Assembly: GCA_049968515.1 (NCBI GenBank)
Contig: JBMFQR010000001.1
Span: 35,154 to 99,153, forward strand
DNA from: Brevinematia bacterium
Lineage (GTDB): Bacteria; Spirochaetota; Brevinematia; Brevinematales; JAOACQ01
Length of the DNA stretch: 64,000 bases
Direction: 5' to 3'
In this document: positions 62,388 through 64,000 of the stretch, in pieces
How the letters are laid out: every line of letters starts with the position of its first letter
How positions within the stretch are numbered: position 1 is the first letter of the stretch
Made by a program: the position numbers and the translations under genes
Notes under the pieces: generated by a model
Seen by the model: only the letters and a program-made list of their open reading frames with translations
Told to the model about the DNA's origin: nothing
Database searches by the model: none

Positions 62388-63719
62388 TTGAAGAATGAGA
62401 TTTTAAAAAGGATGGCACTCATAGGTTTTCCCCTTATGCTCCAGATGATTGTACAGTACATTTTTTCCTTTACAGATATGGCATTTGTGGGAAATTATGA
62501 CTCCAATGGGCTTTCAGCTTTGACAAATGTTATGGCACCATATTTTATCTTTCTTTACTTTTTTTATGCTATTTCTCAGGGGCTGGCTATACTTATTTCT
62601 AACAATATTGGTGCACAGAAAATAAATATTGCGATAAGATTTGGCGAGAATGCTGTTTTTTTCAACCAGATCCTCTCCCTTTTTTATTTTGTTTTCTGGT
62701 TTTTTTTGGGAAGGTATGTTTTAATTTTAATGGGAGCAAAGGGAGAGGTTTTAAAACTTAGCGAAAATTATATTAAAATCCTTTCATTTTCATTTCTTAC
62801 CTTTGGGCTTGGTAGTACTGCAGGAGGTGTGCTTCAGGGAATAGGTAAAACCATACCAATTTTTGTTATCATCTTTTTCAAAACAGCCCTGAATATATTT
62901 TTGAACTGGACTTTAATCTTTGGTAAATTCGGGCTTCCAGAATTTGGGGTGTCAGGCTCTGCGCTTGGCTCTGCCATAAGCAACATTGTTGGTGATATTG
63001 TCGGCTTCATCTTTATTATGTCGCAGAAGGAATTCAAACTCAGAATAGGTGGAATTTTTAAGCCAAGTTTTTCTCTCTTTAAGAGAATGGTTTTTCTTGG
63101 AGTTCCGATGGGTATGGCTGGATTACTCTGGCAACTTGGACAGGCACTTCTTTTATTTATGTTGAATCAAATAAATCAGGTTTATTCAGGTTACGTGGGT
63201 GTGATAAGTAATATTGTGCAGATGACTGTTACTTTTTACTGGGGTGCAGCGATGAGTGTTATGATATTGATTAGCGAATACAGGGGCAGAAATCAGACGG
63301 AGTCCATCAGCCTTATAAATAAATATGGGCTTTTATACAGTCTTTTAATATGTGTGATTTTTTCTCTCTTATTTTTGACTTTTCCTCATAGTTTTTTCAG
63401 GATATTTATCACTGAAGGTTCAAAAATTAAGGAACTTATCAGTCTTGTGCCATTTATAATTTTGATTGTTTTTCCAAAGGCTTGTAATGTTATATTTGAT
63501 CAGTCGATTCGAGGTTTGGGGGATTCAAAATGGGTAATGAATTTGCAGATTTTTGGTACTATTTATATAGTTTTTCTTGGTTTCCTTTTCATTCTCAATT
63601 TGAAGTTAGGGGTACTTGGTGCTCTGCTTGCAGTAGCATTTGATGAAATCACAAGACTCTTTATTTATGTTTACAGATTTTACATCAAAGAAAAAAATAT
63701 AAAGTTAAAGAAGATTTGA
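62388..63719 (+). CDS. MATE-family efflux transporter
   Basis: 12-TM profile. The N-terminal [26 protein letters not shown] is typical of MATE/NorM-like proteins. TTG start 6 nt after AGGAG. Confidence 0.85.
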   Translation: MKNEILKRMALIGFPLMLQMIVQYIFSFTDMAFVGNYDSNGLSALTNVMAPYFIFLYFFYAISQGLAILISNNIGAQKINIAIRFGENAVFFNQILSLFYFVFWFFLGRYVLILMGAKGEVLKLSENYIKILSFSFLTFGLGSTAGGVLQGIGKTIPIFVIIFFKTALNIFLNWTLIFGKFGLPEFGVSGSALGSAISNIVGDIVGFIFIMSQKEFKLRIGGIFKPSFSLFKRMVFLGVPMGMAGLLWQLGQALLLFMLNQINQVYSGYVGVISNIVQMTVTFYWGAAMSVMILISEYRGRNQTESISLINKYGLLYSLLICVIFSLLFLTFPHSFFRIFITEGSKIKELISLVPFIILIVFPKACNVIFDQSIRGLGDSKWVMNLQIFGTIYIVFLGFLFILNLKLGVLGALLAVAFDEITRLFIYVYRFYIKEKNIKLKKI

Positions 63720-63732
63720 GGAGGTTGGTTGT

Positions 63733-64000
63733 ATGAGGTTTGGTTATTTTGATGATGTAAGTAAGGAGTATGTTATTACTACTCCTGCTACTCCATATCC
63801 CTGGATTAATTATCTCGGATGTGAGGAGTTTTTTTCGATTATTTCCAATACTGCTGGTGGTTATTCTTTCTACAAGGATGCCAGATTGAGGAGAATAACA
63901 CGTTTCAGATATAATAATGTTCCCCTCGATAGTGGCGGCAGGTATTTTTATATCAATGAGAACGGTGATATCTGGTCTCCAGGATGGAAACCTGTAAAGA
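63733..64000 (+). CDS. cellobiose/cellodextrin phosphorylase (GH94), N-terminal fragment running off the window
   Basis: Not in the ORF track because it is open-ended. ATG at 63733 after [36 protein letters not shown]...[38 protein letters not shown] closely matches the conserved GH94 N-terminus. Confidence 0.85.
   Translation, partial: MRFGYFDDVSKEYVITTPATPYPWINYLGCEEFFSIISNTAGGYSFYKDARLRRITRFRYNNVPLDSGGRYFYINENGDIWSPGWKPVK

Overview
This is an AT-rich, densely coding bacterial chromosomal segment with about 55 CDS on both strands. I see no rRNA, tRNA, CRISPR array, transposase, integrase or phage genes. Three hints point to a spirochaete-type organism: a ~290-aa FlaB-type core flagellin (MIINHN...), the rpsT-hbb gene pair, and many signal peptides ending in [ILV]-x-S-C lipoboxes.

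Gene content:
- Housekeeping: thpR, proS, pyrF, rpsT, an hbb-like gene, polA, acpP, an rlmB-like gene, an RluA-family gene and queH.
- Sugar-nucleotide and glycosyl genes: rfbB, ugd and a GT2.
- Xylan/cellodextrin block: a LacI-type repressor with an apparent frameshift, a GH10 xylanase, a 711-aa GH52-like protein, and the start of a GH94 cellobiose phosphorylase.
- Signalling: an NHL-HAMP-class III cyclase, a STAS protein, and an RpoS-like sigma factor behind a sigma-54-type -24/-12 promoter.
- Transport: TetR + MMPL/RND exporter + LolA-like protein + beta-barrel; an orphan family-5 solute-binding protein; cobalamin riboswitch + TonB-dependent receptor + beta-propeller lipoprotein; ABC ATPase + minimal FtsX-like permease; and a MATE transporter.
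- A MoxR-DUF58 operon extended by a GT2 and two paralogous membrane-anchored proteins.
- Roughly a third of the CDS are secreted or lipoprotein hypotheticals.

I found no clear-cut defence or mobile system. The best candidates for something undescribed are:
- the extended MoxR operon (56.1-62.2 kb);
- the lipoprotein/unknown/mini-FtsX/ABC operon (47.1-50.7 kb);
- the riboswitch-controlled receptor-propeller pair (44.0-47.1 kb);
- a ~400-nt promoter-driven non-coding leader carrying an inverted-repeat-bounded element (26.3-26.7 kb).

All family assignments come from motif recognition by eye, not from database searches.
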